A DNA stretch of 64,000 bases from Octopus vulgaris (taxonomy: Eukaryota), in assembly GCA_951406725.2 (NCBI GenBank), contig OX597831.1:41416001-41480000 (forward strand), written 5' to 3'. The notes below the pieces were generated by a model. That model searched no databases, had not been told where the DNA came from, and was given only the letters and a program-made list of their open reading frames with translations. This document shows, piece by piece, positions 12,280-29,253 of this stretch (position 1 is its first letter; the number at the start of each line of letters is the position of its first letter). The translations under genes were made by a program, and so were the position numbers.

Positions 12280-12537
12280 ACACTGTAAAGTGGTTAGCAT
12301 TTGGAAGAGCATCCAGCTGAAAAAAACCATGCCAAAGCTGACCTCGCCTGTGCTGGTGCCATGTAAAAAACACTCACTCTACTCTGCAGAGTGGTTGGTG
12401 TTAGGAAGGGCATAAAAAATCGCTGCCAAAACAGACACAGTAACCTGGAAGTAGTCTTCTACCTGGCCGCCTCCTGTCAGCTGTCCTATCCATGCCTGCA
12501 TAGAAGACAGACATTAAATGATGATGATGATGATGAT
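12280..12537 (+). mobile_element. SINE-like family D, diverged
   Basis: gagtggttggtgttaggaagggcat and (GAT)n tail. Confidence 0.65.
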
Positions 12538-12892
12538 AACAAAATAATGAAGGAACCTGGCAAATTTGTTGAAATCTGTTGCTTTCATCTTTTGCAAAAA
12601 GTTGTGAAAAATGTCCATTCCCATTCTTAATTAAAATTTCCTATCTTATTGCATCTATTTATGATGGTTATAACTTTACTATTAGGTTTTCCTGCAGCTG
12701 TGGTCCCTCGGTACTTATTTCTTTCAGTTTTTCTTCTAATTTATAATGCTACTTTATGTTCGTTAACAAAAATCCTATATACTACATCTCTTGTCATATA
12801 ATATTGGCAGTAACAGATAAAGTATGGTTTGCTGAAGAGCTCCAATAACTCTGAAACATGTCTGCAATTGTGTTACATACTTCATATGATTG

Positions 12893-13062
12893 CAGGCATA
12901 GCTGTGCAGTGAAGACTTTCACTTTCCAACCATGGGGTTTCAAGTTCAGTCTCATTTTGAGGCACTCTGGGCATGTATGCATGTATCTTTTACTATTGGC
13001 CTGAGCTGACCAAAGCATTGTGAGTGGATTTGGTAGATGGAAACTGAAAGAAGCCCATCATA
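12893..13062 (+). mobile_element. SINE family A, 5' half
   Basis: gtgagtggatttggtagatggaaactgaaagaagccc. Confidence 0.7.
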
Positions 13063-13082
13063 TATGTATGTATATAGGCATA

Positions 13083-13211
13083 TCATTATTCAGTTTTATT
13101 TCAAGATTTGCCATTAGAGAAAGAGCTAATTTCTAACCTAGATCCAAAGCTCCTTCACTGGAATTTTAACAACATCAACGGGGTATTTTTGTATGTATGT
13201 ATGTATGTATG

Positions 13212-13245
<34 letters not shown>

Positions 13246-13402
13246 TGTATGTATGTATGTATGTATGTATGCATGCATGCTTGCATGTATGTCATTATTC
13301 AGTTTATTTAAAGATTTCTTGCCAATAGAGAAAGAATTGGTTTCTAACCTAAATCCAAGGCTCCTTCATTGGAATTTCAACAGCAATAGCAAGGTATTTT
13401 TG
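13083..13402. repeat. Two ~110-bp direct repeats separated by (TATG)n
   Basis: tcattattcagttt...tttctaaccta(g/a)atccaa(a/g)gctccttca...ggtattttt at ~13083-13190 and ~13292-13402. Confidence 0.75.
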
Positions 13403-13479
13403 TTTGTATGTGCAGATTTGTATGTTTTATGTATGTATTCTCAAGCATATAGTTGCATATCTAGACATGGAAAATGTGT

Positions 13480-13700
13480 GACATTAGCTACTCCATATAG
13501 ACTGTTAAAAAATCTGTACTCTTTCAGCTCTGCTGGAAATAGTTTAACACATTCTTTATTTAAGGCTCTTAAGAGGTTATTCTTCATGACTAAAATGCAG
13601 TTCTTTGAGAAGAAGTTCATTGGATCTTCAAGTGAAGGCCTTTTTGGAGGCATCTGGGAAAAATATTCTTATGAATTCCTATAAAAAATATCTCATAAAA
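13480..13700 (-). pseudogene. Possible Helitron PIF1 helicase fragment
   Basis: FFSKNCILVMKNNLLRALNKECVKLFPAELKEYRFFNS resembles the Helitron RAILAPKN..V..IN......PGE...Y.S.DS segment. Confidence 0.5.
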
Positions 13701-13929
13701 TTGTAGGGAGAATTTCTATCTTTCAGTCCATGACACTCTGAAAGCTGTATAAATGATTAAAGGAAGGAAAAAGAAAGTAAGGAAAAAAAAGGACAGCCGG
13801 CGGCAGCTGTGATGAATCTTTTAAAGCGAGGAATGATTATTGACTGTTTTATTTGTAATCTTTATTGATCAAAGGGCAGGAAAACAGACAAACTTTGAGT
13901 TTTAGTATAATATATATATACTAGCATAG

Positions 13930-14130
13930 TCTTTTATTGTTTTATTTGCTTCAGTCATGTGACAGTGGATATGCTGGAGCACCATCTTTAGTTAAAGAAA
14001 TTGACGACAGGATTTATTCTTTGTAAGCATAGTACTTATTCTATTGGTGTGTTTTGCAAACGGCTAAGTTAAGGGGACATAAACACAGCAACATCAGTAG
14101 TCAAGTGACGGTGGGTACAAACACTGACAC
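13930..14130 (-). mobile_element. SINE family A, 3' half
   Basis: Similarity to family A. Confidence 0.7.
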
Positions 14131-14280
14131 ACATATATATGCATATACATATATATATATATATATATACATACATACAGACACCTACACACATATATAA
14201 ATATATATGTATACATAAAAGTGTATATATACATATATATATGTACATGTATATACATATGTATGTATATATATGTGTGC

Positions 14281-14315
<35 letters not shown>

Positions 14316-14409
14316 CATATATATATATACATATATATGTATATATAATATATACATGTATATATAATATATACATGTATATATAGCTATATATATATGC
14401 ATATATATG

Positions 14410-14441
<32 letters not shown>

Positions 14442-14600
14442 TATTTACATACATATGTATATATACATATCTATATATGTATATATACACGTATATGTAT
14501 ATATACATATATATATACATGTATATGTATATACACACACACACACATATATATATATGCATACACATATATATATACAAATATGTATACATATATGTAT
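14130..14600. repeat. (TA)n/(TACA)n compound microsatellite
   Basis: Direct read. Confidence 0.95.
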
Positions 14601-14602
14601 AC

Positions 14603-16534
14603 AGCTGGGCGTATTGCATTGCAACCAGACTCATGACAGTTCTGTGGCCTTGTACACATCCATTAACCTCCTGGTAATCCAAGCACTACCCTCAACTGCT
14701 TTCTCCCCACATTCCTTGATGGTCTTCCTCACAGCAGATACACCAGCAACCTTCTGAGAGAAGCTGCTGGGAAACCCCTGCAGCCAACCTCGAACGCAAC
14801 CAGCTCACAGATGTAACGCTTCTCCTGAGCTACCAGCTCTTCAAAGCCCAACAACTTCTGCCCATGGGCCTCAGCAATGCTCTCCTCCCATGGCACAGTA
14901 AGCTCCCCAAGGACCACACGTCTCTGACCCTCATCTACCAAAACCAAGTTGTGCTGGAGTGCTGACACAATGATGCTTTCAGGCAATAACTTGTCCATGA
15001 ATACCTCCCATTTTCTGTCTTCAGCCTGCCGGAGTTTCTGTCTCTTTGGCATCATATCTTGCTTTACAAATGCTCTCTTGTGCAAACTCAGTTCAGGCAC
15101 TTGACCCTCTCTTGCAGCTGAAGTAACAACATTTAGCACTAAATTATGTCTAAATGTATACCATCCAGCCTGGAGTGCTTTTGGGCAAGTTGATAGCATG
15201 TGTTTGAAGCTGCCATACTTCCCACACAAGTGGCACTGTGGACTCTCTTGGAAAGCCCATTTTTTGAGATTTGCTGGAGACGGATGCACATCATGCACAG
15301 TCTGGGTCAGAGCTTTCAAATGCCCTGCACTCAACCACCACCAATCAGACTACTTCAACTCCAGCTTTTCGACATCGTCCCAATTCAACCACTGTGCTTG
15401 TTGTGCTGCATGACCCAGATGCCTCTCATCTTTCTGCTGCCTTACTTGTTGTTCACATAGCTTCTGCTGTTCCTGTTCATTTGACTCAGACCAGAACCGC
15501 TCTCTCTTGACAAGCCCCACATCAGCCCTGCTATCTATAATCACTCCACACACTTCAACATGCTGGGATATCTCATCAAGCTGCTGCATTACCTCAGTAA
15601 CCTTCCACTTCCTACTACTGTTTAAATCTGGTGGATTTGTCTTGGATCACAGTGTCCCTTGACTCAGACAGCATTGATTACAGATGCACCTTGGAGACCT
15701 TGTACTCCTCCTCTAGTGATGTCAGGGGCAACTGGAGCATAACCTGGTTGCTATAAAGGGCAACAGATAAAAGGCACTTCAAAAGGCCAAGCCACTTCCT
15801 TACCATCTTATTGATCTTACGTTCAATCGTTTCAATCCTTGTTAGAAAAACTTTATACACAGTTATGGGCCATAGCAGTCTTGGGAACAACCCAAAATGC
15901 ATGCACCACACCTTGAACTTCTCTGGCTAACTTGCTTGATCAATGCTTTTTAGCCCTGTCTCTGCCAGCTTCTGCAGTTCAACACCACAATGTTTGTCCG
16001 TAAGGGGAAAACTGTATCATCTTCCCAAGCTTTTGACACTTTGCTCATGAACAGTTGGTATTTGCTCTCCACCGATGCTGAAAACCAAATTTGTGAGCGA
16101 TCTACCCTTCAGTGAAAGAGATCTGCTCATTTAACAGGCCATCTGACTCCAGCTGATCAGTTCAGACAATCTTTTCAAAACGTCTCTGGCAATGTTGATA
16201 TTATCCTGTTCAATGGTGAAATCATCCATGAACACCCTCAGCTTTACTTCTCCTTGGTTGAACTTGTGCTCAGGCTTTAAGCCCCTCAGTATGACCTCCA
16301 TAACCATCACAAAAAGGATTGGGGAAGAGGCACAACCCATTGCATTCCCCTTTTGTAGATCAATGTATTCAGTGGTGTACTCTGCAGCAGAGAACTGAAA
16401 CATGAACTGGTCAAAGTATGTGGATAGAACGCTTCAGAGTTTCTGGGGCACATAGAATAACTCCAGGGTTATGCTTTTTTCTCTTTGATCTTAGCCCAAA
16501 TTATTGAGACATGCTCTGGGACACCTGCTTTCTG
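14603..16534 (-). pseudogene. 5'-truncated decayed Hero-like (R2 group) LINE: RT, CCHC knuckle, restriction-like endonuclease
   Basis: GNAMGCASSPILF, VFMDD, FPRLLWPITVY, CHLCGKYGSFKHMLSTC, YTFRHN, ELTVPWEE, FEVGCRGF; several stops and frameshifts. Confidence 0.88.
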
Positions 16535-16540
16535 TATACA

Positions 16541-16572
<32 letters not shown>

Positions 16573-16579
16573 CATACAT

Positions 16580-16983
16580 GAGATATGCGTTGTTGAAGTT
16601 TTGTAGTACACTTATTCCAAGAACAGACTTAAATTTTATGTATCTTCCATGAAAAGTGGATGTATTTTGTGCTTTCAAAGGGGCTCTGTCTTATGTTATA
16701 AACCTCATTAAGGGGAGTTAAATAATATTGTAAGATGGTGAAATTTTGGAAATCGATTTTATTTTGTTATTTTCATCGAAATCGGAGGTATTTGAAATTT
16801 CACAAGGGGTGTTTTCCCCCCCTTTAAGCTCCCTTATCGCAAGGAAAAGTAAATCTTTGTAGCTCATCATCTTTCTTGTAAAATTTTACTTGAGAACACA
16901 TACTTTGTTTTTATGTATCTTCTATTCCCTTTCATCCTATAGATGTACAGACACAGAGACGTTGAGCTTTATTATACTGAAGA
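16580..16983 (-). mobile_element. Probable Helitron 5' terminal segment
   Basis: Minus strand begins A|TCTTCAGTATAATAAAAGCTC...tgtgtctg, like the 5' end of the Helitron at 34336. Confidence 0.45.
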
Positions 16984-17164
16984 TGTATCACTTGACAACC
17001 AGTGTCGGTTCATTTATGTCCCTGTGACTTAGTGGTTTGGCAAAAAGGACTGATAGAATAAAATACCAGGCTTTGAAAAAATGCAATGTTCATTCCATCA
17101 AGTATGCCAGTGCTGAGTTACTATTAAGATATAGTATAGCCTTGTCTACTCTCTGTTCCCTCTT

Positions 17165-18270
17165 TTCATACCACCACCACCACCACCACCACTACCTCCA
17201 CCACCAACAACACTACTGCCATCATCACCACCAATATCCTCCTCGTCCTCTCCCACCCACCCCACCCCTACTATCACCCATCACTACCACTATCCTCCTT
17301 TACCATCGCCTCCTCCCCTGCCGCCACCCACTGCCTCCGCCCCGCTGCCACTCACCCACCGCCTCCACCGTCAGTGTTATTAGCTGCAATCCTTCCCATT
17401 ATGATACTCTACCATTATTACCATTATTACCATTCCAGCATCAAGAATTTAACAATCTTACACCATCTTCGCCACTTACATTACTTAACGATAATTACCA
17501 CCGCAGCCGCCTCGACACCACCACCACCACCACCGCCGCCGTCTCCACCACCATCATTTACTCTAACAATCACCCATACCACTTTTTCCATTTCCAGCAT
17601 CACAATTTAACACCACCACCACCACCACCACCATCAACAACAACAACAACAACAACGTACAAATTCCAAATGTGCCGCTACCACCACCACCACCACACCA
17701 TTTTCGTGTTTGCTGTCGCCACCACCACTACTACTAGCACCACTACCGCTATCATACCAGTTCCATATTCATACCCCTCTCCCTCCAACTTCCCATCATA
17801 CCACTCCTACCACCACCACCACCACCACCATCATCACCAGTACCGTCCACATCCACCGTCGCCACACCACTATGTTACTACTACTCCAGCATCCTCTACT
17901 ATCGCCCAAACCATTTCCTCCGCCACCACCACCGCCAGCAGCACACAACCAACATCAGCATACCATTTTATCAGCACCTCCTCCTCCACCATCACCATCA
18001 ACATCACTACCAGCACCGTCGCCGCCACCATTACCACCACCACCACCACCACCACTGTTGCCGTGCCTGTGCTTCACGTTTTCTTAACATTTTCCAGTTC
18101 CTCACTGAGATTATATGGCTGTGAAATCGAAACAACCACGTGACACAAGTCTGCCAGTATGTCATTAACTGTGTAAACTATTTGCCATGATGATGGTGGC
18201 GGCGGTGGTGACGTGGCTAGTTCTTTCTGCAGGAATGGTTAGTGGTGGTAGTGGTGGTGGTGGTGACGTG
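17165..18270. repeat. (CAC/CAT/TAC)n trinucleotide low-complexity region
   Basis: Direct read; explains the His/Pro/Thr-rich ORF at 17037-18143. Confidence 0.85.
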
Positions 18271-18493
18271 GATAGATGCGTTTATTCCTCCCCTCCACTC
18301 CCACTCCCAACACCCCGAGAGAGCAGAACTATGATCAAATCAGAGGCGTTCTAGTCGTGACCATCACCGATTTCTTCCCCCTGTTTTGAACTCCAATATC
18401 CCTGTGAGCTCTTCTTACCCGGAAGGATCCGCGAAGAGCATGGGTACCATTTTTTCTCCTGATTAAATCATTAATAATAATAATAATAATAAT

Positions 18494-18970
18494 CCTCTCT
18501 AATATAGGCATAAGGCCTGGAATTTGTGGGGAGGGGATAGGCGGTCACATCGATCCCAGTAATTGATTAGTACTTAATTTATCGATCCCGAAAGGGATGA
18601 AAGGCAAAGTCGACTTCGGAGGTATTTGAACTCAGAACGTAAGGCCGGACGAAATGCTGCCAAGCATTTTGTCCGGTGAGGTAAATTAACAATAATAATA
18701 ATCCTTTCTACTTATAGGCACTAGACCTGAAATTCTCAGCTAGTGGGGGTCCTGTCGATTGCATCGACCCTAGTATTCGACTGGTACTTATTTTATCGAC
18801 CTCGTTAGGATGAAAGGCAAAGTCGACCACAGAGGAATTTGAACTCAGAACACGAAGACGGACGAAGTGTCGCGAAGCATATTGCCTGGTGTGCTAACGG
18901 TTTAATAATCCTTTCTACCATAAGCACAAGGCCTGACATTTTTGGGGAGGTGGATAAGTTGATTACATCA
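18494..18970 (-). mobile_element. Tandem SINE family B copies with (TAA)n tails
   Basis: Two near-complete copies and one partial copy head-to-tail. Confidence 0.8.
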
Positions 18971-20399
18971 AGCTCAATAAGGCTTTTAGAGTATGGTTTG
19001 AGTCGCTATTTAGTTGTTATTTCTAGCACGTCGAGCTAAGGCGTAGAGAAAGGGCCTCGGGTTGGATCGCTTTGTTGAACAATGGTGGAGACTACTGGGA
19101 ATTATAGTAGGTGTGGTGGTGTGGATGGTGGTGGGGACCGTGCTAGAGTTAGTAGTAGTAGTAGTAGTAGTAGTAACAATCGTAATATCAGTTGTTGGGT
19201 AGCGCTGGTAGTGAAGCGGATGGTCCTGCCTGAAGGATTTTAATGATTTATAAGCAGGCATGAGTGGCACTACTAAGAGAATTGAAGGTAATTTATCGTT
19301 AGGCATACCATACTATACCATTCAGAAAGTCCCGCGGGCCGCAGGTTGCCCGTGACTGGTTTAGTCTTAGCTGTGCCAATCCTGACTTTTTTGTACATTG
19401 AGAACTCCAGTTTTAGAACGAAGACTGTAGAATATATATGTAACTAGAGAGATACAGAGATAGAGAGAGGAAGGGAGAGAGATAGAGGGAGGGAGAGATA
19501 GATAGAGAGAGGGAGGGAGAGAAAGAGAAAGATTTGGTTGCTATATCTAGCAAAGGCTGAGCGAACGACCAAGTAAGTTCCGCTCAGAGTGACGTTAGCT
19601 GCGGTGATGGTGATTGTTACGTCCCCAGCGATAGTAATGGTGACGGCGTAATTAAGTAATTAACAGAATGGGACGATAATGTTGAAGATATAAAACCATA
19701 ATGGTGATTAGAATGGTGGTGGTAAGTGGTGGTGGTTTTACCAGATTCATAGCGGTGATATTTGCTAGTGGCGAATGTGTTGGTTGTCCTACAAAACTCC
19801 GCATTTGAGTTCAAATCACGTCGAGGTCAACTTCAATTCTTCTTCCGGAGTCGACAAAACTAAAGTACCAGTGAAATACAGAGGTGGAATTTAATCGACT
19901 AGACACTTCCACCAAATTCCTGACTTAGTACTTACCTATCTTAGAAAACATAAGGTGAGTTGTACAGGAGGTGGTGGTGGTGAAGCGATGCAGTTTTTGA
20001 TAGTGGCGGTGATGAAGCGAGATACAGTTTCTGATAGTGATGGCGATGGTAGTGGTAGTGGTGGGGGAGAAATACCAATGAAAGAAGGTGCGCTGGAGAG
20101 TGTAAAGAAAGGTTGTGGTGTTGAAGGTGGTGAAATCTTGTAGTGGTGGTAGCAGTAGCAGCCACAGCAGCAGCACCGGCAATAGTAGTAATAGTAGTAA
20201 CAGGAGTTATTGTCGTACTAAAGGTTAGTAAAAGGAGAAGTAGCTGAAAGGTGTGCGTAGGGAGAAAGAAAGAAAGAGAAAAGAGACAGAGAGAGAAAAG
20301 GAGAGAGAGAGGTTATCTAGACAGAAGCGTTGATGTGGTCATTTAAACTGAGCTAAAAATAGAAACATCAACACATACACATGTGCTGTCTGTCGGCCT

Positions 20400-24830
<4,431 letters not shown>

Positions 24831-24930
24831 AGCATGTTTTTAAATCGTCGAACATTCTGTAAGCCAACTTGGGATCTTGAAACCGGCCAGAAATAGCAGC
24901 CAGATCTCCCTCAAATGACACACTACCGTT

Positions 24931-24962
<32 letters not shown>

Positions 24963-25297
24963 TTTGACAGAAGGCCAGCAATTTTAGGAGAAGGAGGAGG
25001 GGTCAAGTCAGTTATATGGACCCTAGTGATCAACTGGTATTTATTTTATCAACCCGGAAGTATGTAAGACTAAATGACTTCGGCGGAATTTTAACTCGAG
25101 GCAGGGCGGGGCAATAATGATGATGATGATGATAATAGTTTTTGATATAGGCTCAAGACCAGCACTTATTAGGGGACGCTGTTAGTCGAAGCTATCACCC
25201 CCACCCCCGCAAATTATAAAGAATAATAATTAATAATGAATACATCGGGTGATGTAGAAAACCCTTAAAAATTAGTAGATGATGACAGCTTCTAGGC

Positions 25298-25488
25298 CAG
25301 ACACGAGCAACACCCTTTTTTGGAGGATCAGGCCGCATGAGACATAGCTTATCATATGGCGGGCTGCACTGCTAAAAAACTCATATGGCGGGCTGCACTG
25401 CTAAAAAACTCATATGGCGGGCTGCACTGCTAAAAAACTCAAGGTAATTTTTCATGAAGTCTCGCGGGCCTTGTGTTGCCCACCACTG
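25298..25488. mobile_element. hAT (Charlie-type) MITE with 8-bp TSD
   Basis: TSD ttctaggc at 25290-25297 and 25489-25496; ends cagacacgagcaacac / gtgttgcccaccactg; internal 29-bp unit present 3 times. Confidence 0.85.
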
Positions 25489-26124
25489 TTCTAGGCCTTT
25501 GATGGTTGGTTTCTGCTCGGGTAGGATTAACATATGGGGCATACGAACGATCACAACCTTCTCTTCACTAAGAAATTCGCCTCGACATCTAGGGAAAGAG
25601 AATGAAAGATATTTATTGGACAAATTGAGAAATTAGTCGCACGTTAATAGTGCTATTACTGTACTTTCAGACTGTATCTATAGATTATTGTTAGATAATA
25701 CAGTATAAAGTATTAGACTGATGTAAACATCACCTTGTCGTTAAATATACAATAAATTTACCTGGACGGGACAAAATGGGCAGCGGGGTAGAAGGTTACA
25801 ATAATTTTTAAATAATGAATAATTCACATGGATATTAAAATATATCACTTATCCTCATGGAAAACCTTAAGAAATAAATATAATAACGAGAAAAATATCT
25901 TGTAATCTATATGTAATAAACGAAAAACAAGGTAATGTATGTTTATTTAGCAAAATGTGTTTTGATTTTATTGTTCGTGGGAAACGGTTTTTTTTTTGTC
26001 ACAAACATACTTGTTCTTTCTCGACATACTTAGGAAATTCCCATCGTCGTCGGGGTTTGATTATGTCTGTGGGTATTCATTAAGTTTTATATAAATTCAT
26101 ACACGCATGCATACATATACACGA

Positions 26125-26176
<52 letters not shown>

Positions 26177-26223
26177 TATATTACATTATATTACATTATA
26201 TATATATATGTATTCATATATTC

Positions 26224-26444
26224 ATTTACTTGTTTTAGTCATTTGATTGCGGCCATGCTGGAGCATCGCACTTAGTCGAACAAATCGACCCCGGGACTTA
26301 TTTTTTGTGAGCTTAGTACTTATTCTATCGGTCTTTTTTGCCGAACCGCTCAGTTACGGGGACGCACACACACCAGCATCAGTTGTCAAGCGATGTTGGA
26401 GGACAAACACAGACACACAAGCACACACACCTACACACAAATTA

Positions 26445-26476
<32 letters not shown>

Positions 26477-26484
26477 CGACGGGC
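26224..26484 (-). mobile_element. SINE family A, 3' half
   Basis: Similarity to family A. Confidence 0.8.
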
Positions 26485-27529
26485 TATATATATTAAGATG
26501 ACTGTGCATAATTTAATACACGAATATAATATACATATACAGACATGGATGGATAGTCTTGTGTGTGTGTGTGCCTTTACAAAATACACTCCTGTACAAT
26601 GATGTGTGTGGGGGGTATGGGAGGGAGTGTGTGTGTAGTTCATAAATTATCTTTACAACTTCCACAATTTATTGTATCAACTTGTAAAAGTAATTTATGG
26701 ACACACTGTACATATAGACATACATACTTATACACATTGCACACACAAAACATACATATAGACATCGCACACACAAACATACATACATACATACACACAC
26801 TTTATACATGCACACACTATGTTTGTGCCTCTTTCTCTTAACATTGGCTGAATATAGCTACAGTCTCGTGATATTTCCAGGGGACCTTTATGTCTCCTTT
26901 TGGGAACCGTTCACTTCATTTCTACTGCGAATGACCTTGAGAAAGGCATAAACATCACAATCATCCCACAGCACCCTACTCCATCTCTTCGTTCTGTTAA
27001 CATAAAGGGTTTCAGGTTATTCTCTACTCTTATACGAAACGTGGAGTAACATTTTTTTTCAAGTTTTCCCAAAATAGAAATTAGGGTATCTTTTCCCCTA
27101 TGCGAAGGGAGTCAGATTTTAACGGTAGCGTTAAGGGGCTGGCCCATTTATTGTGATACGTTAATATGTAATATGTATTAAGGCATGCGACAGTTACGCA
27201 ACTTCCTCTACTAAAACCAAAGTTTTTTTCTTTCTTTCTCCAAGCTTTTTTTTCGTCATATTCCTTCAATATACGATGCCTTACACCTGTTACACATATT
27301 TTTTTCCATTTTTGCCACCTGGGCGCGGATCTATATATTAACCAGAAGGTGTCTTGTCTTATTGTTTCTCTGTTCAGCATCCAACACTAATCTACTTTGA
27401 AATGACGATAAAAAAAAAGTACTCTAATCCGATTAGAAATGGTGAATATATGGAAACCCTCACTCTACACCAAAATATTAGTCACATGAACACCCCCCCA
27501 CATTCACACATTTCGCTTATTTTATTTTT

Positions 27530-28130
27530 TTTTGTACTTGTATCCGTCATTTGACTGCGGCCATATTGGAGCACGGCCTTGAAGGGTTTTAATTGAACAA
27601 ATCGACCCCAGGAGTATTTTTTTTAAAGCCCAGTACTTATTCTATCAGTCAGTTTTGCCGAACCGCTCAGTTACGGGGACGTAAACACACCAACACCGGT
27701 TCTCAAGCAGTGACGAGGGAACACACACACACACACACACTCACACAAGACATGACGGGCTTCTTTCAGTTTCCGTCTACCAAACCCGCTCACAAGGCGT
27801 TGTTTAATATGAGGCAATAGTTGAAGATACTTTGCTGGACATTGTTGTAGAGCTGAAAAAGAAGTAATTTCTCCTCTTCTCCTCTGGAAGCCATCTACTC
27901 GCAATACCAGAGGGCGCACACTCTCCTACCCTGATGTAATCTCCAGGGATACAGGCATCCAGCAACAGGACCTCCGTAATGCTATGATGGACCGTGAAGT
28001 CTGGCGTAACATAGTAAATTCCATTGTCTCGACCACGGTCGAACAATGATGATGATGATGATGATGGGACTGAACCCAGAACCATGTGGTTGGGAAGCAA
28101 GCTTCTTTCCACAGAGCCACGTCTGCGCCC
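27530..28130 (-). mobile_element. SINE family A interrupted by a LINE tail
   Basis: Consensus stops at gaagatactt (~27832) and resumes at tgggactgaaccc (28065). Confidence 0.8.
27831..28065 (+). mobile_element. 5'-truncated RTE/RTEX-like LINE 3' end
   Basis: Open frame FAGHCCRAEKEVISPLLLWKP...RGRTLSYPDVISRDTG...LRNAMMDREVWRNIV...EQ* (27831-28049) running into (TGA)n. Confidence 0.85.
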
Positions 28131-28364
28131 GGTGTTAGAACCCAGTATGTATATACTTCAGAAAAGAAGCGTTTGTCTAGTACAGAGCGTAATATGCAAT
28201 CAGATGACAAAGGAACGGGAAATTGTGCTATGAACCTCATTAGATTATTCATAAATTTCTGTTATATGATGCTATGCACTCTGAGCTGGTTGCTTGCTCA
28301 TTACCTCATAGCTTTCAGTATAATTTCCTGTTCCTTTGAAGTTTATACACACGTAACATATACA

Positions 28365-28790
28365 CGTAGGAGTGGCTGTGTGGTAAGTAGCTTGCTTACC
28401 AACCACATGGTTCCGGGTTCAGTCCCACTGCGTGGAACCTTGGGCAAGTGTTTTCTACTATAGCCTCGGGCCGACTAAATCCTTATGAGTGGATTTGGTA
28501 GACGGAAACTGAAAGAAGCACGTCGTAATATATGTATATATATATGTATGTGTATGTGTGTGTGTGTGTGTCTGTTTGTGTGTCTGTGTTTGTCCCCCCA
28601 ACATCGCTTGACAACCGATGCTGGTGTGTTTACGGCCCCCGTAACTTAGCGGTTCGACAAAAGAGACCGATAGAATAAGTACTAGGCTTACAAAAGAATA
28701 AGTCCTCGTGTCGATCTGCTCGACTAAAGGCGGTGCTCCAGCATGGCCACAGTCAAATGACTGAAGCAAGTAAAAGAGAGAGTAAAAGAA
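28365..28790 (+). mobile_element. SINE family A, full length
   Basis: Close to the apparent consensus. Confidence 0.92.
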
Positions 28791-28805
28791 AAACACACGC
28801 ACGCA

Positions 28806-28844
<39 letters not shown>

Positions 28845-29253
28845 TAAATAAATTAAAATACACAAAATATTCAATTCTGACGCTGGTGCTCCAGTTGGCA
28901 TTAATGTCACTCTCTTTCTCCCTCCCTCCCTCCTCTGTCTCTCTCATCCTCTCTGCCCCATCTGACAATCTCTCTCTCTCTCTCTCCCAGCTGGCATTAG
29001 TCTCTCCTTCTCCCCCTCTCTCTTTATCTACCTATCTATCTATCTGTCTCTTTCAGATGACATTAGACTCTCACCCTCTCTCTCTACTTCTTATGTACGA
29101 TACCTTCAGGTGTCAGCGGTTATGGACCTCTGGTGCCAAAATCATGATTCCTGGGAAATGTATAGCAATAGTTTCCCGTTGGCTTCTGCTGTTTTTTTAT
29201 GTAGTTTACTCAGCTAGTTTCCTACTCCCCTGAGCTTACTCTGTGACAATCAA

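Noticed and set aside
17037-18143. 368-aa His/Pro/Thr-rich ORF
   Set aside because: Starts at a non-ATG codon inside a SINE fragment and runs through (CAC)n low-complexity DNA that lacks stops by composition
25352-25440. CRISPR-like 29-bp repeats
   Set aside because: Head-to-tail without spacers, inside a hAT MITE, eukaryotic context, no cas genes
25500-27400. Faint Helitron helicase-like peptides (GEFLSEEKVVIVRMP; PGGKNGKKYV)
   Set aside because: Similarity too weak to support by eye
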